DNA from: Spirochaetia bacterium
Lineage (GTDB): Bacteria > Spirochaetota > Spirochaetia > SZUA-6 > Bin103
Length of the DNA: 64,000 nt
NCBI GenBank assembly: GCA_965208575.1
Contig: CBDBOV010000004.1
Location: 512,001-576,000 of the forward strand
Direction: 5' to 3'
Shown here: positions 10,601 through 19,192 of the stretch, piece by piece
How positions within the stretch are numbered: the first letter of the stretch is position 1
Layout: the number at the start of each line of letters is the position of its first letter
The notes under the pieces: model-generated
The model's input: only the letters and a program-made list of their open reading frames with translations
Database searches by the model: none
Told to the model about the DNA's origin: nothing
Made by a program: the position numbers and the translations under genes

Positions 10601-10635
10601 AACTAGGTAAAGTGAAGGACGATGACAACAGGTAA

Positions 10636-10672
10636 GGGAGCTGGGAAGCCTGAGCCTCCCAGCTCCCTTTTT
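10636..10672 (-). terminator. Conserved hairpin downstream of SBP
   Basis: gggagctggga-loop-cccagctccc; similar at 31282-31313, 42641-42671 and 49699-49731. No U-tract in the SBP sense, so possibly a stabilising stem. Confidence 0.55.
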
Positions 10673-10703
10673 CCCTGAGCTAAGCCACAAGGGGTGAACC
10701 CCT

Positions 10704-12518
10704 CTAATAACCCATGGATTCCTTCAGCTCGGAATCAATCCAGACGCGGGCGTGGATGCTATTAAACCGTATATCTCCAAACCTCATTTCACCGTTAAAA
10801 CCTTTCACCCACGGCTGGCTTGCCTGATACCATGCAGCCACAGGAGCCCATATCTGAAAGTGCTGCTTTAGTGCTTCCATACCAAACTCTTTTGCCGCCT
10901 TCATCTGCTCATCGATGTTAGTGGCACCGAAAAAGGCATCTTGGGCGGCGGCCAGCACAGGGTTCTCGACTCCTCCGCCCACGCTTGCCCTTCGCCAAAG
11001 CTGTTCCGCGCCATAATGTCCCATGCCCCAGCTCGGGCCCTCTATGGCCATGTAGCCATAAATCGACTCATAGGTATTTTCCCTCTTGGCAGCGGCTAGA
11101 GTCGCCCATTCGACAACACTAATCGATACATCAACGCCAATATCAGCCCAGTAGCCGGCGACTATTTCATATAAGCCCACATCTCCGACGTCACGGTGCT
11201 GATGTTCGACCTTGAATCGGACGCCGTCCGCGCCGCGCGGATATCCTGCCTCATCGAGGAGCCTCTCAGCACCTTCCGGGTCGTAGGTGTAGTATTGCTT
11301 GAGCTCTGCGGGCCACTCTTCCCATTCGGTGTAATACCCCTTGGCGCCGATGAAGCGAGGTTGATCCCACTGGGCGAAACCGCCAAAGTAGGTATCGCTA
11401 ATCGTCTCCAGGTCCAGTGCCATCTGCAGTGCGTGGCGTACTCTGATGTCGTCAAAGGGGGCGTTGTGCGTGTTCAGTATCGCAGCCTCCGACCGCAGCT
11501 CAAATGGCCATGTCGCGATTTCGGGGTTGGTCCGCTGGAGGCTATTTATCACGTCGATGGATCTTATCTCATCAGCAGCGCTGCGTATCATATCAATCTT
11601 ACCCGAGCGCAGTGCCGATAGACGCGTCGCTTCTTCCGCCATATGCAGGCCCACTAACTTGTCAATATAGGGCAAGCGGTTCTCCGGGTATTTTTCGTCG
11701 TAGCCCCAGTAGTCAGGATTCTTGTCAAAGGTTAGAGAGCTGCCCTCGACGTAGTCGGTCAGCATAAAGGGCCCGGTGCCTACCACGTTCTTCCAGTCCG
11801 TATAGTCGCCGTATTTCTCGATTACCTCGGGGGGCAATATCCAGACCAAAAAACCTTGGGTGATGATAGCCTCCAGCACAGCGAAAACAGGGCGTGGCTC
11901 CGTCAACTTCATAACAACCGTATATTTGTCGGTGGCCTCTATCGATTCCCATGGCAGATCGATAGCTGGTCTTTTCTCGAAAGGAGGTTCGGTGAAGTCG
12001 CCCAGAACCAAATTACGCTGATAGTTATAGACGACATCCTGGGCAGTTAGCTCCCGACCACCTACCAGGCGGCTGGCCTCACTGTCTGGGTCAAGGGCGT
12101 AGTGAACGCCCTGGCGGATGTGGAATACGTACGTCAGTGGGTCGGGCGTTTCCCAGCTTTCCGCCAGCTGCCCGGTGAAAGTAGACAGAGGGATGTAAGG
12201 GGTTCTAAAGGCGAATTCGTCCCTATCTATTCCCCAGTCCGGGACGGCGAGAGCCTCATTGACACCGTCTATGATGAAGCCCGCATAGCTGCCAGTAACA
12301 AAGGGGGCGGTAGTTTCGCCTATTAAGGCATACGAATAGGTCAATGTCCCGCCATACTCTGGCGCGGTCACCACCTTGCCGGTGGTGGGGTCGGTCACAT
12401 ACTTCTTGTCGGCAGCGGCTGCCGGCTCCTCTTCTGCGCCAGCGGCCCAGAGGCCGGTTGCGGTCAGGACCAGAACCAACGCAACCGCGAGGGTCCTGGT
12501 AATCTGTACAATATTCAT
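10704..12518 (-). CDS. ABC family-5 substrate-binding protein, cassette 1
   Basis: Signal peptide, PEYGGTL, LAESWE, ELTA.DV, VGTGPF, PFDDIRVR.A, LLDEAGY. Confidence 0.93.
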   Translation of the reverse strand: MNIVQITRTLAVALVLVLTATGLWAAGAEEEPAAAADKKYVTDPTTGKVVTAPEYGGTLTYSYALIGETTAPFVTGSYAGFIIDGVNEALAVPDWGIDRDEFAFRTPYIPLSTFTGQLAESWETPDPLTYVFHIRQGVHYALDPDSEASRLVGGRELTAQDVVYNYQRNLVLGDFTEPPFEKRPAIDLPWESIEATDKYTVVMKLTEPRPVFAVLEAIITQGFLVWILPPEVIEKYGDYTDWKNVVGTGPFMLTDYVEGSSLTFDKNPDYWGYDEKYPENRLPYIDKLVGLHMAEEATRLSALRSGKIDMIRSAADEIRSIDVINSLQRTNPEIATWPFELRSEAAILNTHNAPFDDIRVRHALQMALDLETISDTYFGGFAQWDQPRFIGAKGYYTEWEEWPAELKQYYTYDPEGAERLLDEAGYPRGADGVRFKVEHQHRDVGDVGLYEIVAGYWADIGVDVSISVVEWATLAAAKRENTYESIYGYMAIEGPSWGMGHYGAEQLWRRASVGGGVENPVLAAAQDAFFGATNIDEQMKAAKEFGMEALKQHFQIWAPVAAWYQASQPWVKGFNGEMRFGDIRFNSIHARVWIDSELKESMGY

Positions 12519-12708
12519 ACGTTCCTCCGTATGTGGATTCTCGAGAGTATTGCGTAGCGGCTTGCCGCTCCCTGGCTACTCTCGCGCCCGCAACGCAGGC
12601 GGCCAGACAGAGTCGAATGGGTGACGCGCGCGGCGTGTGACTCAGCGGGTGCATACCCGGCTCACGCCGCGCGCGCGTGCGGTTCTTTGAGTATCATTCG
12701 AGCCTCCT
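12519..12708 (-). promoter_or_regulatory. Conserved structured SBP leader, copy 1
   Basis: SD, uORF and three hairpins, shared by all five SBP genes. Confidence 0.75.
12662..12697 (-). CDS. Putative leader peptide MILKEPHARAA, copy 1
   Basis: AGGAGG-5nt-ATG ATA CTC AAA GAA CCG CAC GCG CGC GCG GCG TGA. Confidence 0.65.
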   Translation of the reverse strand: MILKEPHARAA

Positions 12709-12860
12709 GTGCGCCGGTAAAAACCGGCAAGGTGTTGTGAATGGAAGAGTCATACGTCGAAGGGTTAGCGACCCACGGCGGCTCCGAGTCATGCGCCGCC
12801 GCCCGCGAGGGCGGGGGTGAAGCGTTGACAGGGGTACGTGCGGGCCGGGTATCGAGCCGC
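12709..12860 (+). mobile_element. Group II intron remnant (5' part of domain I only)
   Basis: Starts GTGCGCCGG; matches the intron 5' ends at 24286, 29280(-) and 51808. Confidence 0.8.
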
Positions 12861-13119
12861 CACGCGTGGCGGTGGTCTGAGCAGCAGTGAGTCTGAATGG
12901 CCGCCAACGCCGGCGGTGGGTTTTGCGCGCAGTTAGTCGCGGGCGGGGATGCGGGACGGTTGCGGTCGCCTGGAAGGACGCGGGCGGCCAGCATGCCGGT
13001 TTGGCGATGGACCGAGCGGGCGCCACCGATAGCTACGGCGGTGGTGAAGGCGACGGTGTGCGCGCTTTCGCGTACGGGGCGATCAGCCCGAGCGGTTAGT
13101 TGTTCCTCGGTTTCTCGGT

Positions 13120-13150
13120 TTGAAAAAGTTGGGGGGGGGGGGGGTATGAT
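13120..13150 (+). promoter_or_regulatory. Candidate promoter with poly-G spacer
   Basis: TTGAAA-aagtt-G14-TATGAT (19-nt spacer); same at 25700-25730, variant at 52476-52506. Confidence 0.45.
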
Positions 13151-13234
13151 GCACCGGTCGCGTCACAGCGAACCGGTCACTGCGCTGACTGTCATCAAGG
13201 CGCTTCATCGGCATCCGTCGACCCCAAGCCAAGT

Positions 13235-13263
13235 ATGATAGCGTGGGCGCGGCGCACTGTCAA
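13235..13263 (-). promoter_or_regulatory. sigma70-type promoter in repeat unit A, facing cassette 1
   Basis: TTGACA-17nt-TATCAT on the - strand. Confidence 0.65.
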
Positions 13264-13638
13264 CGACTCGGAACTCACCAAATCCGGCCGTTCCGGACGC
13301 CCGCCAGCGTCGCCGCCACCGGAGGTGGTGACGTTGAGGTGACCGCCAACGGGCGACTGCGCTGACTGTCATCATGGCGCGTCATCATCGATCCGTCGAA
13401 CCCCAGGCGAGGCAAGCTTGCTGTGGGCGCGGGCACCCTGTCATTAGGGCCGACCCGTGGGACCCGTGCGTGCGCGGCGGACCGGCAGCCCCGTGGTGTC
13501 ACGCCGGATGCGCCCACCCGTGGCTCCGTCCTGGCCCCATGGGTGTGCATGCGCCGTCGGCTGCTCCGGGAGGCGCGCCCGGAACGCGCCCGACCAGGTC
13601 CACGAGCGTCGGGCTGGGTATGGGCGTGAGCTCACCCG

Positions 13639-13929
13639 TCAGCCCGAAGCAGCGCCTGGGCACCGCGTCACCGCAGACCGAGTCGCCGAAGTGTACTGAG
13701 TTAGGTGGTCCCGTAGGGCACGGTCTATGAGCAGTTCGCCGGCAAGCTCGAGCACCTCCTTGGCCTGCCGGCGGGACACCGAGGGGAAGGAATCGAGGAA
13801 CTTGTCCAGGCTGTCGCCGGCTTCGAGATGGTCCCACAGACTCTGGACGGGTACCCGTGTGCCGGCGAATACGGGCGTTCCTGACATGATCTCTGAGTCC
13901 TGGATAACCAAGCCGGAGAGGCTACGCAT
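13639..13929 (-). CDS. DUF433 family antitoxin-like protein (C-terminus runs into repeat)
   Basis: EIMSGTPVFAGTRVPVQSLWDHLEAGDSLDKFLDSFPSV. Confidence 0.75.
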   Translation of the reverse strand: MRSLSGLVIQDSEIMSGTPVFAGTRVPVQSLWDHLEAGDSLDKFLDSFPSVSRRQAKEVLELAGELLIDRALRDHLTQYTSATRSAVTRCPGAASG

Positions 13930-14200
13930 CTGTGCTGGCTCCCTTGCTACGAGGATAAGGCAATCTCGGTGTTGGTGGAAGAAGAACGTTGACCGCTCTG
14001 AGGTTTCAGATCCACCGCACGGGAACAGCTCGCGTGGACGCGTTGCGCGTGGCGGCGAAGACGCCGCATGCGGTGTGGTCAAGCTGACCGCTCTCCAGGC
14101 TGGCGCGCGGCCGAACCGTTTGCCGGTCTCGCCAGCTGCCGAGCAAATGGATATTTGAATACTGGGACCGGATCGATGGGCGATCGGATCGTTGCCTCTA

Positions 14201-14234
14201 TTGACAGAGCAAAGACCTATTTGTACGTTGTACA
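14201..14234 (+). promoter_or_regulatory. sigma70 promoter/operator of phd-vapC (probably leaderless mRNA)
   Basis: TTGACA-17-TACGTT with overlapping TGTAC..GTACA palindrome; ATG 8 nt after the -10 and no SD. Confidence 0.65.
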
Positions 14235-14236
14235 TT

Positions 14237-14497
14237 ATGAAACGCGTCAAAGCGTCGGAAGCGCGCACGCAGTGGTTCCGGTTGCTGGACGAGGTAGCAG
14301 CCGGTGAGGTGGTGGTGGTGGAGCGGCGTGGCCGGCAGATCGTGTTACGGCGCGAGGATCCGGCTGCGTCGGCGGCATCAGAGCCCGTTCCCGACTACAC
14401 AGAGCTGCTCAAGGTACCCGACGCGGACCAAGCCGATGCCTGGGGATGGGAGTGGGCGGCTGATGGTGAGGCCCTGCGGCTCACCGATCAGCCGTGA
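14237..14497 (+). CDS. Phd/YefM-like antitoxin
   Basis: MKRVKASEARTQWFRLLDEVAAGEVVVVERRG; overlaps the PIN gene (GTGA). Confidence 0.8.
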   Translation: MKRVKASEARTQWFRLLDEVAAGEVVVVERRGRQIVLRREDPAASAASEPVPDYTELLKVPDADQADAWGWEWAADGEALRLTDQP

Positions 14498-14868
14498 CGG
14501 TGCTTCTCGACACCCACTTTGTGATCTGGATCCTCACCGACTCGAGCCGACTCCGGAAGTATCGATGGATCGAGAGACATCGGCCGTGGGGCGTATCGCC
14601 GGTATCACTTCTCGAGCTTCAGTTTCTGTCGGAGGTCGGACGTATCAGTCTCAACACGTCACTGTTCTTCGCAGCCCTTGCTACGGACGCGAGGTTCGTC
14701 GTCGACGATCCACCTCTGTACTCAATCGTGCGCCACGCGTTGACCCTGAAATGGACGCGAGATCCGTTCGATCGCCTGCTTGCTGCGCACAGCGCCTCCC
14801 GGCGAGTGCCGCTGTGTACGGCTGACGCAACTCTGAGACGTCATCACTCACTTATCGCCCAGGAGTGA
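14494..14868 (+). CDS. PIN-domain (VapC) toxin
   Basis: VLLDTH, SPVSLLE, RDPFDRLLAA, TAD. Confidence 0.88.
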   Translation: MTVLLDTHFVIWILTDSSRLRKYRWIERHRPWGVSPVSLLELQFLSEVGRISLNTSLFFAALATDARFVVDDPPLYSIVRHALTLKWTRDPFDRLLAAHSASRRVPLCTADATLRRHHSLIAQE

Positions 14869-15438
14869 CTCACCGCTGAGCGATGCCCTGCGGTCTTTCG
14901 CCACCGGCGCTACCCACAGGAGAGTCACGGGCACGCACGTTGCGGGCCTGCCCCACGCGGCATCAGCGAGTCGTCGCCGTTCGCGAGCTTGCGGCTGGGC
15001 AGTGGCGAGCAGGCGGCCAGGCAGTGCCGGACCGCAACAGCGCCGAGGCGTTCGTATAGCAATGAGATAATTGCAGCCGGACCCCTGAACCCCGTATTTG
15101 AACACACATACCCTGTTTCGAGTGTAGCAAAACGTGCCGCTGCTTAGATCCTCAACCACCTGGTAAGAACCGGTCGAGCACCGCCGGGACTGTCAGTCAC
15201 CGTCAGTCACCTCCGAGTGGTTGACAGGCTGGCCGCGTCCATAGCAAGCTGGCTCGTCTGGGGTTCGACGGATCGGTGATGAGGCGCCATGACGACAGTC
15301 GGCGCTGGCGGGCGGCCGGAGGCGCCGGAGTGCGCGCGCCAAGAACTTGACTCAGACTGGCCGTCCGCGTTGACGGACACGCCCGCGGTTGCGGGCATGA
15401 GAGCCGGTCGCGATGAAGTGCAATCTTCATGCTGCCTG

Positions 15439-15447
15439 TGATATACT
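15439..15447 (+). promoter_or_regulatory. Extended -10 promoter
   Basis: TG-A-TATACT upstream of the GGAGG RBS and the NIPSNAP gene. Confidence 0.5.
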
Positions 15448-15473
15448 ATGATAGATAGTGGAGGATACCACCT

Positions 15474-16115
15474 GTGGTATATGACGTAAGGACGTACGAT
15501 TTGAAATTTGGGCTGGCCAAGGAATATGGCGAACATATCAAGGCTAACCTGCCCGGGAGGGAGAAGTTATCCCCGCTGGGCGGGTACTGGTACACCGAGA
15601 TAGGGCCTCTTAACCAGGTCATAAACATCTGGCCGTACAATGACGTGGACTCCTATGTAGACTTCCGTACCCGGTTCGATCCCGTTAAGGCGTGGGGGCC
15701 AATGCACGATTATGGCGTGAATGTCGCCATCGTCGGTGGCCACAACGAAGTCATGTTTGCAGCTCCATTCATGAAGCCCTTGGGAGAGCGCCGCATCGGT
15801 CCCATATACGATATGAGAATCGACACACACGCGCCGGGAGATATACCGAAAACTCTGGAGGCGTGGGGCAAAGTTATCGATGAAAGAGAGAAACTCTCCC
15901 CGCTTGCCGGCTTCTGGCACTCAGATATAACTGGCCTCAATCTACACTGTACCGGCAGGATTATTCACCTCTGGGCGTATAGTACCTTCGAAGACAGGAC
16001 GAGAGTACTGGCAGAAAGCCACAAGAGAGGCTACTGGTTGCCCCCGGGCGCTGCGATGCCGACCAAGTCGGAGAGCAAAATCATGCTGCCTTACGACTTC
16101 TCTCCAATGCAGTAA
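15474..16115 (+). CDS. NIPSNAP family protein (two domains)
   Basis: YDVRTY..SPLGGYWYTEIGPLNQVINIWPY repeated as YDMR..SPLAGFWHSDI..IHLWAY. Confidence 0.85.
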   Translation: MVYDVRTYDLKFGLAKEYGEHIKANLPGREKLSPLGGYWYTEIGPLNQVINIWPYNDVDSYVDFRTRFDPVKAWGPMHDYGVNVAIVGGHNEVMFAAPFMKPLGERRIGPIYDMRIDTHAPGDIPKTLEAWGKVIDEREKLSPLAGFWHSDITGLNLHCTGRIIHLWAYSTFEDRTRVLAESHKRGYWLPPGAAMPTKSESKIMLPYDFSPMQ

Positions 16116-16200
16116 TCTGGGGCTTCATTACTTCATTAGAGCATAACGAAGTCACGATTCCAGCTCACACGTACCGGGCATCTGGGAAGGGAGGCAGCAG

Positions 16201-17163
16201 ATGGCAGCAACACTCGAACAACGCCCCTTCGGCAACACCGGTGAGAAGGTAACCGTTATCGGTTTGGGAGGCGCTTTCGTCTACAAGCACTCCTTTGAGC
16301 AAGGGGTAGAAACAGTCAAACATGCCTTGGAGCTGGGTGTCAACTATTTCGATACCTCTCCAGCGTACGGAAGAATGAGGGATGGCAAGTGGATCAGCAG
16401 AGGTGAATCGCAGTTAATCATGGGTGAGGGCCTTGACGGGAGTACGAAACCGCATCTACTTGCGACCAAGCTACATAAGTGCAGTTCAGTAGAAGATTTT
16501 CGCGCCCAAATACAAGATAACCTACATGCCCTGCGTCGTGATAAGGTCGACGTACTCCAGGCGCACGACGTCGAGCGGGCATACCTCTGGAAGCCCGACA
16601 CACACTTCTGGAAGCCCGACCGTCAGCGTAATGACATCGTGAACCTTGATGAGGAGCTGGACTTTGAGAACGCCCCGGTGATGCAGGCGATGCGTGAAGC
16701 AAAGGAGCAAGGGCTCTGCCGTTTCATTGGTATCAGCTCACAGTGGTCGGAAATGATAGTCCACGTCCTGAAGCACGCAAAGCTGGACATGTGCCTCTCT
16801 GCCATGGAGTATTCGCTGCGGAACCGACGTTCCCCGCATGTCGTGTTGCCGTTCACTCGTGAGCAGGGGGTTGCTTATGTCGTAGGCGGGATATTCTCCG
16901 CAACAGGTGCAGTTGGAGGGGCATTCTCCGAGGAGCTTCTGCTCAAGTTGGCGCAGACGACGGGCATGTCGATCGCGACGTTGACGGTTCGTTTCTTGAT
17001 AGCGAATCAGGAGATTTCGACCATTCTGGTGGGTGCGTCCACACCCGAGGAGATCGAGGAGAGCGTCATGGCCGCGCAGGCAGGTCCGCTACCGTCCGAC
17101 CTCGTCAGGTCCCTTGAGGAACTGGGATCGAATACCGGCTACTACGAGAATCTCGTAGGATAA
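16201..17163 (+). CDS. Aldo/keto reductase
   Basis: RPFGNTG.KVTVIGLGG, GVNYFDTSPAYG, LATK, VDVLQAH. Confidence 0.9.
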   Translation: MAATLEQRPFGNTGEKVTVIGLGGAFVYKHSFEQGVETVKHALELGVNYFDTSPAYGRMRDGKWISRGESQLIMGEGLDGSTKPHLLATKLHKCSSVEDFRAQIQDNLHALRRDKVDVLQAHDVERAYLWKPDTHFWKPDRQRNDIVNLDEELDFENAPVMQAMREAKEQGLCRFIGISSQWSEMIVHVLKHAKLDMCLSAMEYSLRNRRSPHVVLPFTREQGVAYVVGGIFSATGAVGGAFSEELLLKLAQTTGMSIATLTVRFLIANQEISTILVGASTPEEIEESVMAAQAGPLPSDLVRSLEELGSNTGYYENLVG

Positions 17164-17202
17164 TAGTGACAAAATAGTGAAGGGCAGCAAGAGGATAACA
17201 CA

Positions 17203-18054
17203 ATGAAAGATTTCAGTGGAAAAGTGGCAGTGATAACGGGTGCTGGGCGCGGCATCGGGAGGGGTATTGCCTTGCGCTGCGCCAGCGAGGGGATGAGAGT
17301 CGTGCTGGCGGGCATCGGACCGGAGTCGCTGACCGGGACGGATGCCGACCTGCGAGACATGGGCGCGGAGACGCTGGTCGTGCAGGCGGATGTTTCCAAG
17401 CTGGAGGATGTGGAGAGGCTGGCACAGAAGACGGTTGAGGCGTTTGGTGAAGTCCACATGCTGGTCAACAACGCTGGGGTTGCCTCCCGGCCGGACACCT
17501 GGGACAGGAGCCTGGCTGATTGGGAATGGATAATGGGCGTGAATTTCTGGGGTGTGCTCTACGGGGTACGCACATTCATCCCCATCATGATGAAACAGGA
17601 GACCGACTGTCACATCATTAATGTCTCGTCAGGTGCTGGACTTGCACCGGGAGAACGGACTACGATCTATGCTGTTTCGAAGCACGGTGTAGTCGTCCTT
17701 TCGGAAGCGCTCTACTTTCAACTTGCCAAGCAGGCTCCTCATATCAAAGTGTCGGTCTATTGTCCGCTGTGGGTCAGTAGCGAGCTGGATGATACTGTTG
17801 CGCGTAACCGCCCTAGTGGCCCGCCGCCCCCTCCACTAACTCCAGAAGCGAAAGCAGAGTGGCGGACGTCACTCGCCACGGGTATATCTATCGAGGAATC
17901 GGCTGATGTTCTCTTCAGGGGTATTGTGGAAGACAAGTTGTACATCGGGCCGAAAGGATTCCCCGCCAGTGCCGACCCGGAATCGTTGATATCGGCGATA
18001 CGAACAAGGGCGGAGAACATTATCGACGAGCGCAACCCGGAACTGCCGTCCTGA
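17203..18054 (+). CDS. SDR family oxidoreductase
   Basis: TGAGRGIG, NNAG, YAVSK. Confidence 0.92.
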   Translation: MKDFSGKVAVITGAGRGIGRGIALRCASEGMRVVLAGIGPESLTGTDADLRDMGAETLVVQADVSKLEDVERLAQKTVEAFGEVHMLVNNAGVASRPDTWDRSLADWEWIMGVNFWGVLYGVRTFIPIMMKQETDCHIINVSSGAGLAPGERTTIYAVSKHGVVVLSEALYFQLAKQAPHIKVSVYCPLWVSSELDDTVARNRPSGPPPPPLTPEAKAEWRTSLATGISIEESADVLFRGIVEDKLYIGPKGFPASADPESLISAIRTRAENIIDERNPELPS

Positions 18055-18083
18055 TGCAAACAACCAAACATGGAGGTAACACT

Positions 18084-19103
18084 ATGGCAAAGACAGTATC
18101 GACGCTTTCCGACGACCTTGCGTCGGCGATCGAATCGGCAGGACCCGCGGTCGTGCGGGTGGAGGCGACACGTCGCCTGGGGGCATGCGGCCTGGCAACT
18201 GGCTTCGTCTGGTCGCCTGATGGGGTCATCGTCACTGCTCACCACGTCGTTGAACGAGACGACGACATTAAGGTTGGCCTTGCCGACGACCCCGCCAGTT
18301 CGGTGCCCGCAACCCTTGTGGGGCGCGACCCGACTAGCGATATCGCGGTCCTGCGCACCGACGCCAGGGACCTCACGCCGCTAGCATGGGCCGATCACAG
18401 AGTCCCTGCCAACGATACTTCTACCGCCGGTTACACCGAATTCCCGGACAACATACGAGTCGGGCACGTGGTGTTCGCTCTGGGAAGACCCAGCAAGACC
18501 GTCCAGGCAAACCTGGGAATCGTCGGCTCGTTCGGGTTTGCGAGTCGCTACCTGGTGACCGATGTCGCGATGGACCCCGGGTTCTCCGGCGGGCCTCTGA
18601 TCGATGCCAACGGAGCGTTGTTGGGATTGAACACCACCGCTCGTCAGCGGTACGGATTCAACGTTGCAGTGGGGAGGCCCATGTTGAGCCCTGTCGTCGA
18701 TGCGCTGCTAGCCGAGGGGCGCATCCGCAGAGGCCAGATCGGAGTTGGGGCTCAGCCAGCCCGGTTGCCCGACGGGCTCGCCAAGGAGCTGGGTCAGGAG
18801 AGCGGACTGGTCCTGGTCTCGGTGGAGCCGGGCAGTCCTGCCGATACGGGCGGCCTGCTCGTGGGCGACATCATCGTCGGCCTGCACGGGGTTCCTGTGG
18901 GGAGCCATTATGACACTGGTCACAAGCTGGACGACCTCCTCAGTCACCAGGGTGCCCCAACCGCTCGGTGGTTATGGGCGATGACCTACTTGATCCAGTC
19001 ACAGTTGCTGAGCGACGCGACGACTGCAAAAGAACTGTCAGTAGAGATAGTGCGTGGAGGCACAGTCCGGGCGCTTCGGCTGGTAATCGACGAGCAGAAC
19101 TAG
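18084..19103 (+). CDS. Trypsin-like (HtrA-type) serine protease with PDZ domain, no signal peptide
   Basis: VTAHHVV, DPTSDIAVL, PGFSGGPL, GSPADTGGL.VGD. Confidence 0.85.
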   Translation: MAKTVSTLSDDLASAIESAGPAVVRVEATRRLGACGLATGFVWSPDGVIVTAHHVVERDDDIKVGLADDPASSVPATLVGRDPTSDIAVLRTDARDLTPLAWADHRVPANDTSTAGYTEFPDNIRVGHVVFALGRPSKTVQANLGIVGSFGFASRYLVTDVAMDPGFSGGPLIDANGALLGLNTTARQRYGFNVAVGRPMLSPVVDALLAEGRIRRGQIGVGAQPARLPDGLAKELGQESGLVLVSVEPGSPADTGGLLVGDIIVGLHGVPVGSHYDTGHKLDDLLSHQGAPTARWLWAMTYLIQSQLLSDATTAKELSVEIVRGGTVRALRLVIDEQN

Positions 19104-19192
19104 GTGGGTCGCCGAGCTGGGGAGAATCTACGACCCGGACGGCAATATGCTCGTCGTGAACGAGCCGCGGAAAGCTGATACGGTGCGCGCAC

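Noticed and set aside
13170-13445. Repeat-spacer-repeat pattern as a CRISPR array
   Set aside because: Units are ~100 bp, degenerate and at most two in tandem; spacers are shared between loci; no cas genes.
2900-14900. Integron cassette array, given the many TA modules
   Set aside because: No tyrosine integrase and no consistent RYYYAAC..GTTRRRY attC sites.
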